Below, in pieces: positions 1 to 10,045 of a stretch of DNA of 32,000 nucleotides; positions within the stretch are counted from its first letter, which is position 1, and every line of letters starts with the position of its first letter. The position numbers were made by a program, and so were the translations under genes. The stretch comes from Acaryochloris thomasi RCC1774 (GTDB taxonomy: Bacteria; Cyanobacteriota; Cyanobacteriia; Thermosynechococcales; Thermosynechococcaceae), in the NCBI RefSeq assembly GCF_003231495.1, contig NZ_PQWO01000004.1, forward strand, positions 390,001 through 422,000, written 5' to 3'. Under the pieces are notes generated by a model. The model made no database searches. It saw only the letters and a list, made by a program, of their open reading frames with translations, and was not told where the DNA came from.

Positions 1-615
1 TTTCATCCGGCTGACTTGTCCCAAGAAAGAGATTGTATACAGGTGGTCGAAGAATGTCAGAGATTGTGTGATGGCCGCAGGCCGGTCGGAGACCCTCGCA
101 TCGATATCCTATACAATAATGCAGGTATATCCATCATTGCCCCCTTCACTGAGACCGATAGCGCTACGTTGACAAAGATCATGGCCGTCAACTTTCAGGC
201 TGTTTATCTGCTGTGCCAGCAGGTGCTGCCAATTATGCAGGCCCAAGGAAGTGGCGTAATTATTAATACCGCCTCTGAACTTGCGATCGTGGCTCAGCCA
301 CTCTATGCCGCCTACTGCGCCAGCAAAGGAGCCGTCCTGTCTCTGACCCGCGCCCTAGCCCTTGAATACGCACAGGACAATATCCGTATTAATGCTCTTT
401 GTCCCGGCCCTGTTGACACACCCATGCTGCAGCAAGAGTTTGAACAAGCTGAGTCCCCCACCCAAGCCAGATCTGCCGGAATAGAAACCATACCCATTGG
501 ACGTTTAGGATATCCAGAAGAAATTGCGCAAGTGGCACTATACCTAGCAAGCGATGCTCCAGCATTGCTACATGGTGCATCGCTTGTTGTAGATGGCGGA
601 AAAACGATTTTGTGA
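1..615 (+). CDS. Short-chain dehydrogenase/reductase (SDR) family oxidoreductase; 5' end lies outside the window
   Basis: The frame is open from base 1, so the TTG at 16 is only the ORF-track start. SDR motifs are present: ILYNNAGI (NNAG), catalytic YAAYCASK (YxxxK) and ALCPGPVDTP (PG motif). The C-terminal LVVDGG is typical of classical SDRs. Confidence 0.85.
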   Translation, partial: FHPADLSQERDCIQVVEECQRLCDGRRPVGDPRIDILYNNAGISIIAPFTETDSATLTKIMAVNFQAVYLLCQQVLPIMQAQGSGVIINTASELAIVAQPLYAAYCASKGAVLSLTRALALEYAQDNIRINALCPGPVDTPMLQQEFEQAESPTQARSAGIETIPIGRLGYPEEIAQVALYLASDAPALLHGASLVVDGGKTIL

Positions 616-1137
616 CATCCCAAAACTTTCAATGAGTTTCAATGCTTACTGCATGCCTGAGCTTGCAAGACATTCACTGTTCACTTGAGCTTGTGCTGCT
701 AATCTAGCCGAGCAGAGTCATCGGTCCGTCAAGCATCGATCTTTCCCAATTCTAGGTTTTGGTGACTTTAAGGCCGCAGGTCGGGTCTGTCGAGTGATTG
801 ATGAAGTGGATAACTTTGGAGACTGCGCAGCCAAATGGCAGAATTTGTGTGTCTATCTGACTGTAGAGCGAGGTTTACGAAAGGAGTTGAGGAATTGGAG
901 GGATTGTGCCAAGCTGCCTAGTCCAATAGAGGTAAAGTTTTCGGCTCTCAAGCTCCTCTTATAAGTTTTGGCTACTCAGTGCCTGCAGATCGTTTCGACC
1001 TCTCACCCAATGCTCAGGTTAATTTCAGTGAGGCTATGGTTTGCGTTTAGAGGCGTTTCAGGTTGCCCCATCATGCTTAGAGGCAAGACAGGTGAGCTGA
1101 CAAAACAACAGGCTCACTCCATGAACTGGAGATAGAC

Positions 1138-1392
1138 ATGACTTTCGAACATAGCCTGACGCATCCTCTGCAATCCCTTGGGCAATTAGCCGCGCTTGCA
1201 CAGCATCACTTTAAAGAGTGGGTGCGGCGAGAAATTATCGATGATGATCCTTTTGAAGTCGAAATCTGGAGCGATGGAGAGTTCGTCGTTGCTGAGTGTG
1301 AGAACATCTCATACTATGAAAGCGTCGCAGAGCTTGAACCTGACAAATATCTTGAGTACATCCAGACAGAACTGGAGCTGTACTTAAAGTGA
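1138..1392 (+). CDS. Small acidic hypothetical protein (84 aa)
   Basis: ATG-initiated ORF with GGAG 8 nt upstream (actggagatagacATG). I recognise no family. The overlapping 1196..1387 ORF is taken as a shadow frame. Confidence 0.45.
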   Translation: MTFEHSLTHPLQSLGQLAALAQHHFKEWVRREIIDDDPFEVEIWSDGEFVVAECENISYYESVAELEPDKYLEYIQTELELYLK

Positions 1393-1418
1393 TGCATCGA
1401 GCTATTCGCTCCACCCCC

Positions 1419-1458
1419 GCAGCGTTAAATCAGGCTGACTAAGCTGCGCTAACGCTGC
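1419..1458. other. Perfect 9-bp inverted repeat (GCAGCGTTA-N22-TAACGCTGC) between convergent genes
   Basis: Read directly: arms at 1419-1427 and 1450-1458, starting 27 nt after the stop of the 84-aa ORF. No U-tract follows, so it is not a canonical intrinsic terminator. Confidence 0.3.
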
Positions 1459-1722
1459 ACCTTGGCCCTATACAACGGCCCAATGAAGAGCAGGTGCTTT
1501 CGATGCTCTTGGGGCGAGGCTTCTGTACTTTGCTGATTTACTGAGCTGAAATTCACGTAAAAGAAAAGGGTTGAGTGCTAGATAATCTTTTTAGTAGAAG
1601 AATCGGGGATGAACTGTTAAAGACAGAACAATCCATCCCGTTCTCAGTCATTTTCACTTTTTTAAAGTTCTATACATTGATGCCCTTCACTGTGGTCTAT
1701 TACGGAAGGCAACATCATCGGG

Positions 1723-2367
1723 TTACTCTCGCTTCGAAAATTCGAACAAACTCCCTCCGCTGGCGGTCGGTATAGAATAGGCAATTTGGTCTAGCTTTTG
1801 ATTTCCCGAGAGCGCTAAATCTGCTTTTCGATCAATCGTTCCATCAGGGTTAGTTGGCACATCTAACTGATAAAATGTACCCCGCTGCTCTGGCGTCAAT
1901 AAGACTTTAGCCGGTCGATGACAATCTTCAGATGATTGAAGGACGTTAGCTTCGACATATCCCCGAATTTCAATCTCACTTGTATTTAGTGGTTTGAGCA
2001 GCAGAAAAGGATTCGGTTGCACTAGAAGTAAACCCGTATCATGAGGGAGAAGCTTTACCATAATTGAATGGGTATTCGCATCTACTGCAGTAATCGTAAC
2101 GGGTTGATTTACACCCTCTGAGTCAAAGAAAGAGCTGGCGGTCATAGACTCAAAGCTGTCTTCATCATTAGCTGCATTCGTTTCTACCGTGAATAGAATA
2201 TCCAATAAGAGACTTCTATCCTCTAAGTTTGAAATCGTCAGAAAATACCCTTGTAATATACTTCTACTAACGGGTTCAAATACTTCTAAGTCAGCAGGAG
2301 GAACTCCCATAATTTCTCTAGGTAACTGTGAGGCATTGAGAAGCAATTCGAAGGTTGACAAAAGCAT
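1723..2367 (-). CDS. Hypothetical protein (214 aa from the ATG at 2367; the ORF track extends to 2421)
   Basis: The internal ATG at 2367 is preceded by an AGAGG Shine-Dalgarno (aaagaaAGAGGttactATG on the minus strand), so it is the more likely start. No recognisable motifs. The gene lies inside a visibly AT-rich stretch. Confidence 0.55.
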   Translation of the reverse strand: MLLSTFELLLNASQLPREIMGVPPADLEVFEPVSRSILQGYFLTISNLEDRSLLLDILFTVETNAANDEDSFESMTASSFFDSEGVNQPVTITAVDANTHSIMVKLLPHDTGLLLVQPNPFLLLKPLNTSEIEIRGYVEANVLQSSEDCHRPAKVLLTPEQRGTFYQLDVPTNPDGTIDRKADLALSGNQKLDQIAYSIPTASGGSLFEFSKRE

Positions 2368-2787
2368 AGTAACCTCTTTCTTTAATGTTAAAAATAGAAA
2401 TCCTCTAGCAAGAAAAGGCACTCTTGCTAGTATGCAGAAAATGCTAAATAGGCTGGATGACTTATTCCTAAAGGAAAAGTTGGGCTTCTTCTATGAAAGA
2501 AAACTCATGGTTCATTTTTTGCTTGAGTAGTTTATGCAAAAATGGCCCAAGGTATCTTAAATATAGTCTTGTTCCCCTGTGAGATTTATATTCTCGAATC
2601 TATTTAATAACCTATTGTTTTCATGTCTCTATTGCCGTGTAAATATATGCACGCTGTTACAAAAATAAATGACAATAGGATCGATGTTTTTTGATGTTTA
2701 TGGCTGTTCTAAATGGCTCCAAGTGATGTCTTGGCCTTGAAAGATAACAGCTACAAGAAAAATGGGATTAGATGAAATCTAGCAAAC

Positions 2788-5700
2788 TTACTTGGGTTCA
2801 ATCTTGGGTTCGGTATCCAGTACCCAAGAACAAATTTGCCAAGGTCTAACTCTAAGCGGTTGCTTAACTTGAGTTAGGGGGCGCTCTAATAAATCAACTG
2901 ACTGCTGAACCGTCAACTTGAGAGAGTTATTGCACTGCATCTGAGCAAATTCGCCGTGACACTCATAACAGCGCAGAATTAACTGCCCAGGAATGCTTTC
3001 ATCCGGCTTAACTGCCATTAGGATTAGATTTTCTGCCTCTAAAGAGAGGAACTGTCCCAATGGTGAGAGTTGAGTGCTAGATGAAATAGGGGCGGTTGGC
3101 AGTACCGTTGCCCGCAACCCTCGGTTCAGCTCATAGCCACGATGGACCGTGTGTGCGGATTGCCAAGTTCCTTCATGGATATACAACGTATACGTGAATT
3201 GATGATGACCGCGATCGCAACCCAAATCCGGCCAGTTGGGACTCCGCAGCAGCGTCAGCCGGAGCTGGTCAGGCTGAGCGTCATAGCCATACTTACAATC
3301 ATTGAGCAAACTGACGCCATAGCTTCGATCCGATAGATCAGCCCAATGAAGTGCAGGCACCTCCCACTTCGCTTGCTCGGCTTCGCTGAGGGGCTTGGGG
3401 TTCGGCAACGTCGGTCGCTTAATGGCACCACAGGGAATTTCGTAGGTGGCAAACTCTGACTGCACCGTCAGCGGGAATGCGGCTTTCACCAATACCTGTC
3501 GCTCCTGCCAATCCACCGTAGTCTCTATTTTCAGTAAGGGAGCATTCTGCTCTAGCACGTAGTCCTGGCAAAACTGAGATTGGCCGATGGAGCGTATCAC
3601 CCGAATACTCTGCCGTAGCGGTCCAATACTCACCCACTCAATCGACTCTAGTTTGGCTCCAGGCAGTTGATGATTGGCGTAGTCAGGATCAATATTCCAG
3701 GCATCCCAATATTGGCCTTGGTCGGTAAAAAACTGCAGGTGATTGCCGGGACCAGAGAGGACTTGCCGCTGGTTTTGCTTGTCATAGACCTGCTCTAGAT
3801 CGCCTGTTTCAGGGCTGACGGTGACTTTCAATACCGCATTCTCAAGTACCCAATCTTCAGGAATAGACCGTTCCTCGGGTGGAGCATCGGTGGGGCAAAG
3901 CCAGTAGAGCTGATAGCCCACGCTGGGGATATCGGTAGCCGTAAACAAGAGGGTGTTTTCCCGGTGATGCTGGCTAGGGACAACGGCACCCGTGCAATCT
4001 TTGATTTGCCATTGGCTGGGGGCTGCTGGGAGCTGAACGCTCGCTAGTTCTGAACGCTGCCAGTTTAGAGAGTTGAAGACGATAATCGGAACTGCATCTG
4101 TGGTCGGTGGCGTGGGCAAATTGATTTGAGATGAGATCGCATCCAAAGCCCCATCAATACACTGCATCGCCGTCTGCTCCGCCGCTTCCCAGTCTCGGTT
4201 GGCGTCTTCAAACACTTCAGGGATAGCCGAACCGGGCAAAATGTCGTGAAACTGATTAAACAAAACCTTTTTCCAGGCTTGCTCTAATTCTGCCTTTGGA
4301 TAGGGGCAGTCGGTGAGGAGGGTTGCGATCGAGCTAAACAGCTCTGCTTCCGTCAGTAAATGCTCACAGCGACGGTTGTAGCGCTTCTGATCGGCATGGC
4401 TCGTATAGCAGCCCCGATGGAATTCTAGGTATAGCTCATCATCCCAAACCGGTACATCTTGGGCTTCCGCTTCTACCTGCCGACAGAGCTGCTCCGCCGT
4501 TGTCGGCTCAAGCTGTGGAAAAACTGGGGATTGCTGCCACCGCCGCGCCACTTCTAGCATATCCTTCGTGGGTCCACCGCCGTGATCCCCTACCCCAGGG
4601 AGCCAGAGACAGTTTTCCACACCTGTGGATAACTCCCACCTTTGCGCGTAATCGGCCATCTTCACCGGGGTAATACTCTCACCAATGGGCGGCAGCGTGA
4701 GGCTGAAAATTTCAGTGCCGTCGGGCGACTTCCATTTAAAAATCTCGTAGGGAAACTCAGTTGTATCGTTCCAGCGAAGCTTTTGGGTGACGAAATAGTC
4801 GATGCCGCCCTGCTTCAGAATTTGAGGCAACTGCCAGCAAAAGCCGAAACTGTCCGGTAGCCAAGCGGTGGCGCTGAGCACTCCGAATTTTTCCTGAGCA
4901 TAGCGTTGACCATAGAGAACCTGCCGGACCAGCGCTTCGCCGCTAATCAGGTTGAATTCTGGCTCAATCCACAGTCCAGCAGCGATCTCCCAACTGCCCT
5001 CGGTGACGCGCTCTTTGATTTGCTGAAAAATCTCTGGGCGGTTGTCTTCCATCCAGGCATAAAGTGCCGGAGAAGAGTGGCAGTAGATTAGCTCCGGGAA
5101 TTCAGCTTGGAGCTTAAGAACAGATTTGAAGGTGCGTTCGGCAGCCTCCCAGGTTTCGGCCACCGGCCACAGCCAAGCCATATCGAGGTGGGCATGACCA
5201 ATCCAGTTGATGCGTTTTTGCTTAAGCCACGACTGCCAGGGTTCCAGGGCTTGGCGTAGCTGATGCAGGTTCTCGCTCAGTGCTGTTGGATCTTTCAGGA
5301 GAGTCCAGTCAATTGTTTGAGCGGCTTCTGATAGTTTGGGCAGATCTTCAGGCTTGAAGGTGGTCAGGTAGCTGTGGAGAACCTCTAGTTCGTCGGCCAC
5401 CATTCCAGGGTCGATGAGGTTTGGGGGTTCGTAGATGAGTTGAGATCGCACCAGCGCCCCCGGATCATGTCCTGGGCTCACCAGCCGCAATGCGACAGAA
5501 ATTGCATCCCCTGGCGTGACCTTCTGGCTGAGTAAAATACGGCCAAAGCAATCATAGAGATCACCCTCCTGCACTCGCTTGCCATTGACAAAGATCTCTG
5601 CGACCTCAGCCCACCACCTTAGATCTAACCGAAGAATGCAGTCCTTTAGCGGGTAGATCTGGAGTGCTGATGGAACAACGATAGTTTGACCTAGCCACAG

Positions 5701-5946
5701 AATCTGCTGGCTCGCGGGCCAAGCGATGTGTTCTCGATCGTTGAGTGTCGCCTGCTCCCAAGAACTCCAGTGCTCAGCACTCAGCGACTCAGAATGGGGC
5801 AAATCACCTGAGCGAATGCCCCAACTTGTTTGGATATCTCGGTGGGTGAGTGCTCTGAGCTTTTGTGCTGCATCGTGTACGGTGCTTTGTACTGCAGTTG
5901 ACGGCATACTGAGTTCCTGAGAAAATTTTGCCTCATTTTCCTCCAA
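2788..5946 (-). CDS. Glycoside hydrolase family 38 alpha-mannosidase
   Basis: 1052-aa ORF. It has the GH38 N-terminal metal-binding signature IGHAHLDMAWLWPVAETW, the motif LPDSFGF, the block WLPGVGDHGGGP, and a long beta-rich C-terminal region typical of GH38. Confidence 0.9.
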   Translation of the reverse strand: MEENEAKFSQELSMPSTAVQSTVHDAAQKLRALTHRDIQTSWGIRSGDLPHSESLSAEHWSSWEQATLNDREHIAWPASQQILWLGQTIVVPSALQIYPLKDCILRLDLRWWAEVAEIFVNGKRVQEGDLYDCFGRILLSQKVTPGDAISVALRLVSPGHDPGALVRSQLIYEPPNLIDPGMVADELEVLHSYLTTFKPEDLPKLSEAAQTIDWTLLKDPTALSENLHQLRQALEPWQSWLKQKRINWIGHAHLDMAWLWPVAETWEAAERTFKSVLKLQAEFPELIYCHSSPALYAWMEDNRPEIFQQIKERVTEGSWEIAAGLWIEPEFNLISGEALVRQVLYGQRYAQEKFGVLSATAWLPDSFGFCWQLPQILKQGGIDYFVTQKLRWNDTTEFPYEIFKWKSPDGTEIFSLTLPPIGESITPVKMADYAQRWELSTGVENCLWLPGVGDHGGGPTKDMLEVARRWQQSPVFPQLEPTTAEQLCRQVEAEAQDVPVWDDELYLEFHRGCYTSHADQKRYNRRCEHLLTEAELFSSIATLLTDCPYPKAELEQAWKKVLFNQFHDILPGSAIPEVFEDANRDWEAAEQTAMQCIDGALDAISSQINLPTPPTTDAVPIIVFNSLNWQRSELASVQLPAAPSQWQIKDCTGAVVPSQHHRENTLLFTATDIPSVGYQLYWLCPTDAPPEERSIPEDWVLENAVLKVTVSPETGDLEQVYDKQNQRQVLSGPGNHLQFFTDQGQYWDAWNIDPDYANHQLPGAKLESIEWVSIGPLRQSIRVIRSIGQSQFCQDYVLEQNAPLLKIETTVDWQERQVLVKAAFPLTVQSEFATYEIPCGAIKRPTLPNPKPLSEAEQAKWEVPALHWADLSDRSYGVSLLNDCKYGYDAQPDQLRLTLLRSPNWPDLGCDRGHHQFTYTLYIHEGTWQSAHTVHRGYELNRGLRATVLPTAPISSSTQLSPLGQFLSLEAENLILMAVKPDESIPGQLILRCYECHGEFAQMQCNNSLKLTVQQSVDLLERPLTQVKQPLRVRPWQICSWVLDTEPKIEPK

Positions 5947-6099
5947 CCGTAGCAGAGCTGATGCAATCGTACAGCCATATCTATAAGGATCGAGCCAACT
6001 GGGCTCGATAAGTGGTTACTAGATCTGCAACCAACACTCTGATATTGCGTCCATTGCATCATACTCATTAATACGTAATCCGAACGCTCCGAAACCCTT

Positions 6100-9000
6100 A
6101 TGCATTGGCTTCCGTGTCGCCTCTACCGACTTCCTCGATTGCTTGCCCCCTCTCTCTGCCTACTGATGGGTATTGAGGGCCAATGGGGCCTGAACAATGC
6201 CAGGGCCTATCGCTTAGATTCGCCTCAATTAGGCTCCAGCCCACGTTTTAGGGTGGATGACGCTCTACGCAGCCAGCCACCGCTGAGAGCAATTGAGTTC
6301 AAGGAGCATGAACGCTTCTCTTCAGCTCTTACCTCTCGTGACCTCAACTCACAGCAACTGGAGCGGGCGATCGCAGAGCAAGAGTCGGATAATCAATACG
6401 CGCAAGCACCTAAGCCCACGTCCGGAACGACTGGACAATCAGTCCCAGACGATCTGAACCCGAGACAGCGACGCGATCTGTCCATAGCAAAGGAGAGCAG
6501 TACACAGGTCATCGAGCTTCGTCGAAAAGGGCAGTACGGCAAAGCGCTCCCCCTGGCTGAAAGAGTCCTGAAGCTACGCGAAAATGTATTGGGTCCTCGC
6601 CATATTCTCGTCGCGACCAGCCTCAACAATTTGGCGCTGCTCTATTCTGATCAGGGGCAATATGAAAGAGCAATATCTCTATTTCAAAGATCGATACAAG
6701 TTAGTGAGGCTCTGTTAGGGGCATATCATCCTAAGGTCGCCGTCAGCTTGAACAATTTAGCAGGCGTATATTTTGACATAGGTGACTATACACAGGCAAA
6801 ATCCCTTTTTCAGCGCACGATCGGCATTTACGAACAGGCTCTAGGCCCTGAACATTTGAGAATTGCCGCGAGTCTGAGTAATCTAGCCGTGCTGCAGACC
6901 GAGCTCGGAAACAACGGTCAAGCAGAGTTGCTCCACCAACGCGCACTCAAGATTTATAAAGAAAACCTGGGTGTCGATCATCCTAGCGTCGCTACGAGTC
7001 TCAATAACCTTGCCTATCACTATACAAATCTCGGGAACTACCGCAAAGGAGAAGCGCTCTACCAGCAGGCATTGGAGATTAGTGAAAAAGCGCTGGGTCC
7101 CAATCATCCTAGCGTTGCCGTGAGCCTCAATAATCTTGCAATTCTGTACAGCAGTCAGGAAGACTACGCAAGGGCAGAACCTCTACATCAAAGGGCGCTT
7201 CGCATTAACGAAAAAGTCTTAGGCGCAGATCATCCCAAGATTGCCACAGATCTCCAAAATCTAGCGCAGCTCTACAGTAAGCAAGATAACTATAGGAAAG
7301 CAGAACCGATGTATCAGCGCGCGCTCCGCATCCAGAGAAAAACGGTGGGAGACCAACATCCGCGAGTGGCCAATAGTTTAAGTGGTCTGGCATGGCTGTA
7401 TCGGGGGCAGGCCCAGTATGACAAAGCGGAATCACTGTTTCGAGAGGCACTGGACATCTATCAGTCGGCTTTTGGCCCCACTCATCCTTGGGTTGCAAAT
7501 GCCTTCAGCAATCTGGCGTGGCTCTACCAGGCTCAGGATAAAACGACTCGTACCTACGAGGTGCTAAAACAGGCAATTGCGATTGAAGAACAAAATTTAA
7601 AGTCAGTTCTATCGATTGGGTCGGAAGCGAAGAAACGCTCCTATATCAAAACGTTGTCTCGGAAGACAAATGCCACCATCTCTAATCATCTGCAGCAATC
7701 TCCCCGTAATCTACAGTCCGCACAACTTGCCTTTAGGACAGTTTTACAGCGCAAAGGGCGTATTCTTGCAGCACTAACCGATAGTTTCCAGAGCTTGCGC
7801 CAAGACCTAACACCCGCAGATCAAACGCTGTTTGATCGTCTTCAGAAGGCGCGATCTCAATACGCAACGTTGATGCTAAAAAATACTGGAGGCCAGAGCG
7901 CGCTGGATCAAGATCTTATTCGCTTCTTCAAAGATCAGGAAGAAGCACTCGAAGAGCAGCTTGCCCGTCGGAGTATCGAGTTTCGCACGGAAAACCAACC
8001 CGTCACAATCGCAGCCATTCAGCAACAGCTACCTGCCCATGCTGCCCTCGTTGAGCTGATCCGATATCGCCCTTACAATACCCGGGCACGTCGTCAAGTC
8101 GAACAGTGGCAGGCTCCTCATTATGCAGCCTACATCCTCAGGGCCGAGGGGCAAGTGCAGTGGGTCGATCTTGGCGAAGCAGAACCGATCGACCAGTCTA
8201 TCTTTCAGTTCCGCACGGCTCTTGAATCTCGCTCAATTACCATTCAAGCAATTGCTCGTCGCCTTGATCAGCAAGTGATGCAGCCCATTCGAGCGAAGTT
8301 AGGCAATACCCGTCAGCTTCTGCTCTCTCCCGATAGTCAACTGAACCTAATCTCTTTTGCCGCACTCGTTGATGAAAACAATCAATACCTTGTCGAGACC
8401 TACGACATCACGTATCTGTCCTCTGGTCGAGACCTGCTGCGTTTACAGTCAACAGCGGCAAAATCTAGCCTTCAGCCGCCGCTCATTATGGCCAACCCTG
8501 ACTACCAAAAGTCAGGGGCCATTGCCAAAGGTGCGATCGCAAACAAGAATCGCGGCTCCCGCGATCTGAATCTCACGTTCGGTCCCCTCCCTGGTACTCA
8601 GCAGGAAGCGGCCCAGCTCCATAGGCTGTTGCCGAAAGCGACTCTTTTGACCGCAGACCAAGCCACTGAGAATATCCTCAAACAAGTCAAATCCCCTCGA
8701 ATTCTTCACATCGCCACCCACGGTTTCTTTTTAGAGACCGATCTAGAGGCCGCTTTAAATCCCAGCGCTGATCGAGCCGGCATTAGTATCATTTCTTCAG
8801 TAGCTCGTCCGAAGACAACGCAGAAATCCTACGAGAACCCACTGCTGCGCTCAGGTTTAGCCCTTGCTGGCGCAAACACCCGTCGTAGCGGCGAAGAGGA
8901 TGGTATTTTCACCGCTTTAGAAGCAACGGGTCTGAATTTGCGCGGGACCCAGCTCGTTGTTCTGTCTGCCTGTGAAACCGGATTGGGTGATGTCGCTAAC

Positions 9001-9255
9001 GGTGAAGGCGTTTATGGTCTCCGTCGAGCGTTCGTGATGGCAGGGTCTGAAAGTCAGGTGCTCAGCCTCTGGAAAGTGGATGATGTGGGCACCAAAGACC
9101 TGATGGTGAAATACTATCAGCGCTTACTGCAGCAGGCGGGGCGTAGCGAAGCATTGCGTCAGACTCAGCTAGAAATGCTCAGGAGTCAGAAATATCAGCA
9201 TCCCTACTACTGGGCTGCCTTTATTCCTTCGGGAAACTGGAAGCCAATGAATTGA
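6100..9255 (+). CDS. Tetratricopeptide-repeat (TPR_12-like) protein with a C-terminal CHAT (caspase-like) domain
   Basis: About 10 tandem 42-aa repeats follow the pattern A(x)SLNNLAxLYxxQGxYxxAEPLxQRALxIxEKxLGxxHPxVA. The C-terminal CHAT signatures are ILHIATHGFF (His) and LVVLSACETG (Cys), and the protein ends HPYYWAAFIPSGNW. Confidence 0.9.
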   Translation: MHWLPCRLYRLPRLLAPSLCLLMGIEGQWGLNNARAYRLDSPQLGSSPRFRVDDALRSQPPLRAIEFKEHERFSSALTSRDLNSQQLERAIAEQESDNQYAQAPKPTSGTTGQSVPDDLNPRQRRDLSIAKESSTQVIELRRKGQYGKALPLAERVLKLRENVLGPRHILVATSLNNLALLYSDQGQYERAISLFQRSIQVSEALLGAYHPKVAVSLNNLAGVYFDIGDYTQAKSLFQRTIGIYEQALGPEHLRIAASLSNLAVLQTELGNNGQAELLHQRALKIYKENLGVDHPSVATSLNNLAYHYTNLGNYRKGEALYQQALEISEKALGPNHPSVAVSLNNLAILYSSQEDYARAEPLHQRALRINEKVLGADHPKIATDLQNLAQLYSKQDNYRKAEPMYQRALRIQRKTVGDQHPRVANSLSGLAWLYRGQAQYDKAESLFREALDIYQSAFGPTHPWVANAFSNLAWLYQAQDKTTRTYEVLKQAIAIEEQNLKSVLSIGSEAKKRSYIKTLSRKTNATISNHLQQSPRNLQSAQLAFRTVLQRKGRILAALTDSFQSLRQDLTPADQTLFDRLQKARSQYATLMLKNTGGQSALDQDLIRFFKDQEEALEEQLARRSIEFRTENQPVTIAAIQQQLPAHAALVELIRYRPYNTRARRQVEQWQAPHYAAYILRAEGQVQWVDLGEAEPIDQSIFQFRTALESRSITIQAIARRLDQQVMQPIRAKLGNTRQLLLSPDSQLNLISFAALVDENNQYLVETYDITYLSSGRDLLRLQSTAAKSSLQPPLIMANPDYQKSGAIAKGAIANKNRGSRDLNLTFGPLPGTQQEAAQLHRLLPKATLLTADQATENILKQVKSPRILHIATHGFFLETDLEAALNPSADRAGISIISSVARPKTTQKSYENPLLRSGLALAGANTRRSGEEDGIFTALEATGLNLRGTQLVVLSACETGLGDVANGEGVYGLRRAFVMAGSESQVLSLWKVDDVGTKDLMVKYYQRLLQQAGRSEALRQTQLEMLRSQKYQHPYYWAAFIPSGNWKPMN

Positions 9256-9612
9256 GCACAACTATAGAGATCGTCTGCTTAAGTCAGTTCTCCATTGACA
9301 AAACTTCACCACCCTCAGCCCACCCTCTCAGATCTCGCCCTACGTCAGTATTCTGAGCCGGTGAGCCGAGTCTTTGATAACATCGTGAGCGAGCTGCATG
9401 AGCTGCATGTTGATTCCTCTGAAGTCCCTACCTTACCTATCATCTAACTGTATTAGACTCAATAAATCTTCGGGGCGAGGCACAAACATTACGACGGCCT
9501 ACGGCCGAACGATTCGCTAAGAAAGAGCTTCACTTTTCATCTCACCCAGCCGACTAGCAACCACAAGACTGAGGCCAGATCTAAATTCAAGACCTTACAA
9601 AGGCCCATCGCC

Positions 9613-9891
9613 TTACTTGCCTGAAGACCTATAAATCCTAAGTTTTTGAGTAGCACATTTGAAGCGATCGCCCTGCACCTCTCGCCGGCTGGCATGTTTC
9701 GTCTTGCGGCCAGACACTCGCTTACGCCAAAGCCTAAAGCTAGAGGGCTTCATTTCTCGGCGCATCAGAGCAATAACCTGTTTCTCTTGTAAACCGAACT
9801 GGTACTCAATCGCATCAAAAGGCGTCCGATCTTCCCACGCCATTTCAATGATGCGATTGATAGCAACAGCATCAACTGCGGGCTGTTTCAT
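9613..9891 (-). CDS. TIGR03643/DUF2805-family small protein
   Basis: The 92-aa ORF contains IIEMAWEDRTPFDAIEYQFGLQEKQVIALMRREMKPSSFRLWRKRVSGRKTKH. I recognise this from memory as the conserved core of the TIGR03643 (DUF2805) family. It starts 8 nt after the psaJ stop on the same strand. Confidence 0.75.
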   Translation of the reverse strand: MKQPAVDAVAINRIIEMAWEDRTPFDAIEYQFGLQEKQVIALMRREMKPSSFRLWRKRVSGRKTKHASRREVQGDRFKCATQKLRIYRSSGK

Positions 9892-9899
9892 ATTTGAGG

Positions 9900-10010
9900 T
9901 TAAGGGTGAAAGAGCAGATCAGGGAAAAAGCGGTTGACTTCAATAAGTAGACCCGCAGTGAAGACAAACCAAACGGTTGCGATAACGGGGGCAGAGGTAA
10001 GAATTTTCAT
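9900..10010 (-). CDS. psaJ: Photosystem I reaction centre subunit IX (PsaJ), 36 aa; below the ORF-track length cutoff
   Basis: Manual translation of the minus strand gives [36 protein letters not shown]. It matches the invariant PsaJ core seen in Synechocystis and Thermosynechococcus (STAPV...TAG(I/L)LIE(F/V)NRF(Y/F)PDLLFHP). A purine-rich GAGAG stretch lies upstream of the ATG (tacttGAGAGtcacccATG). Confidence 0.9.
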   Translation of the reverse strand: MKILTSAPVIATVWFVFTAGLLIEVNRFFPDLLFHP

Positions 10011-10045
10011 GGGTGACTCTCAAGTAATAAAGAACAGAACGAAAC

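Noticed and set aside
615-1137. 520-nt non-coding gap after the SDR gene, as a possible ncRNA or riboswitch
   Set aside because: I could recognise no conserved riboswitch core, strong hairpin or repeat. There is not enough evidence to call anything.
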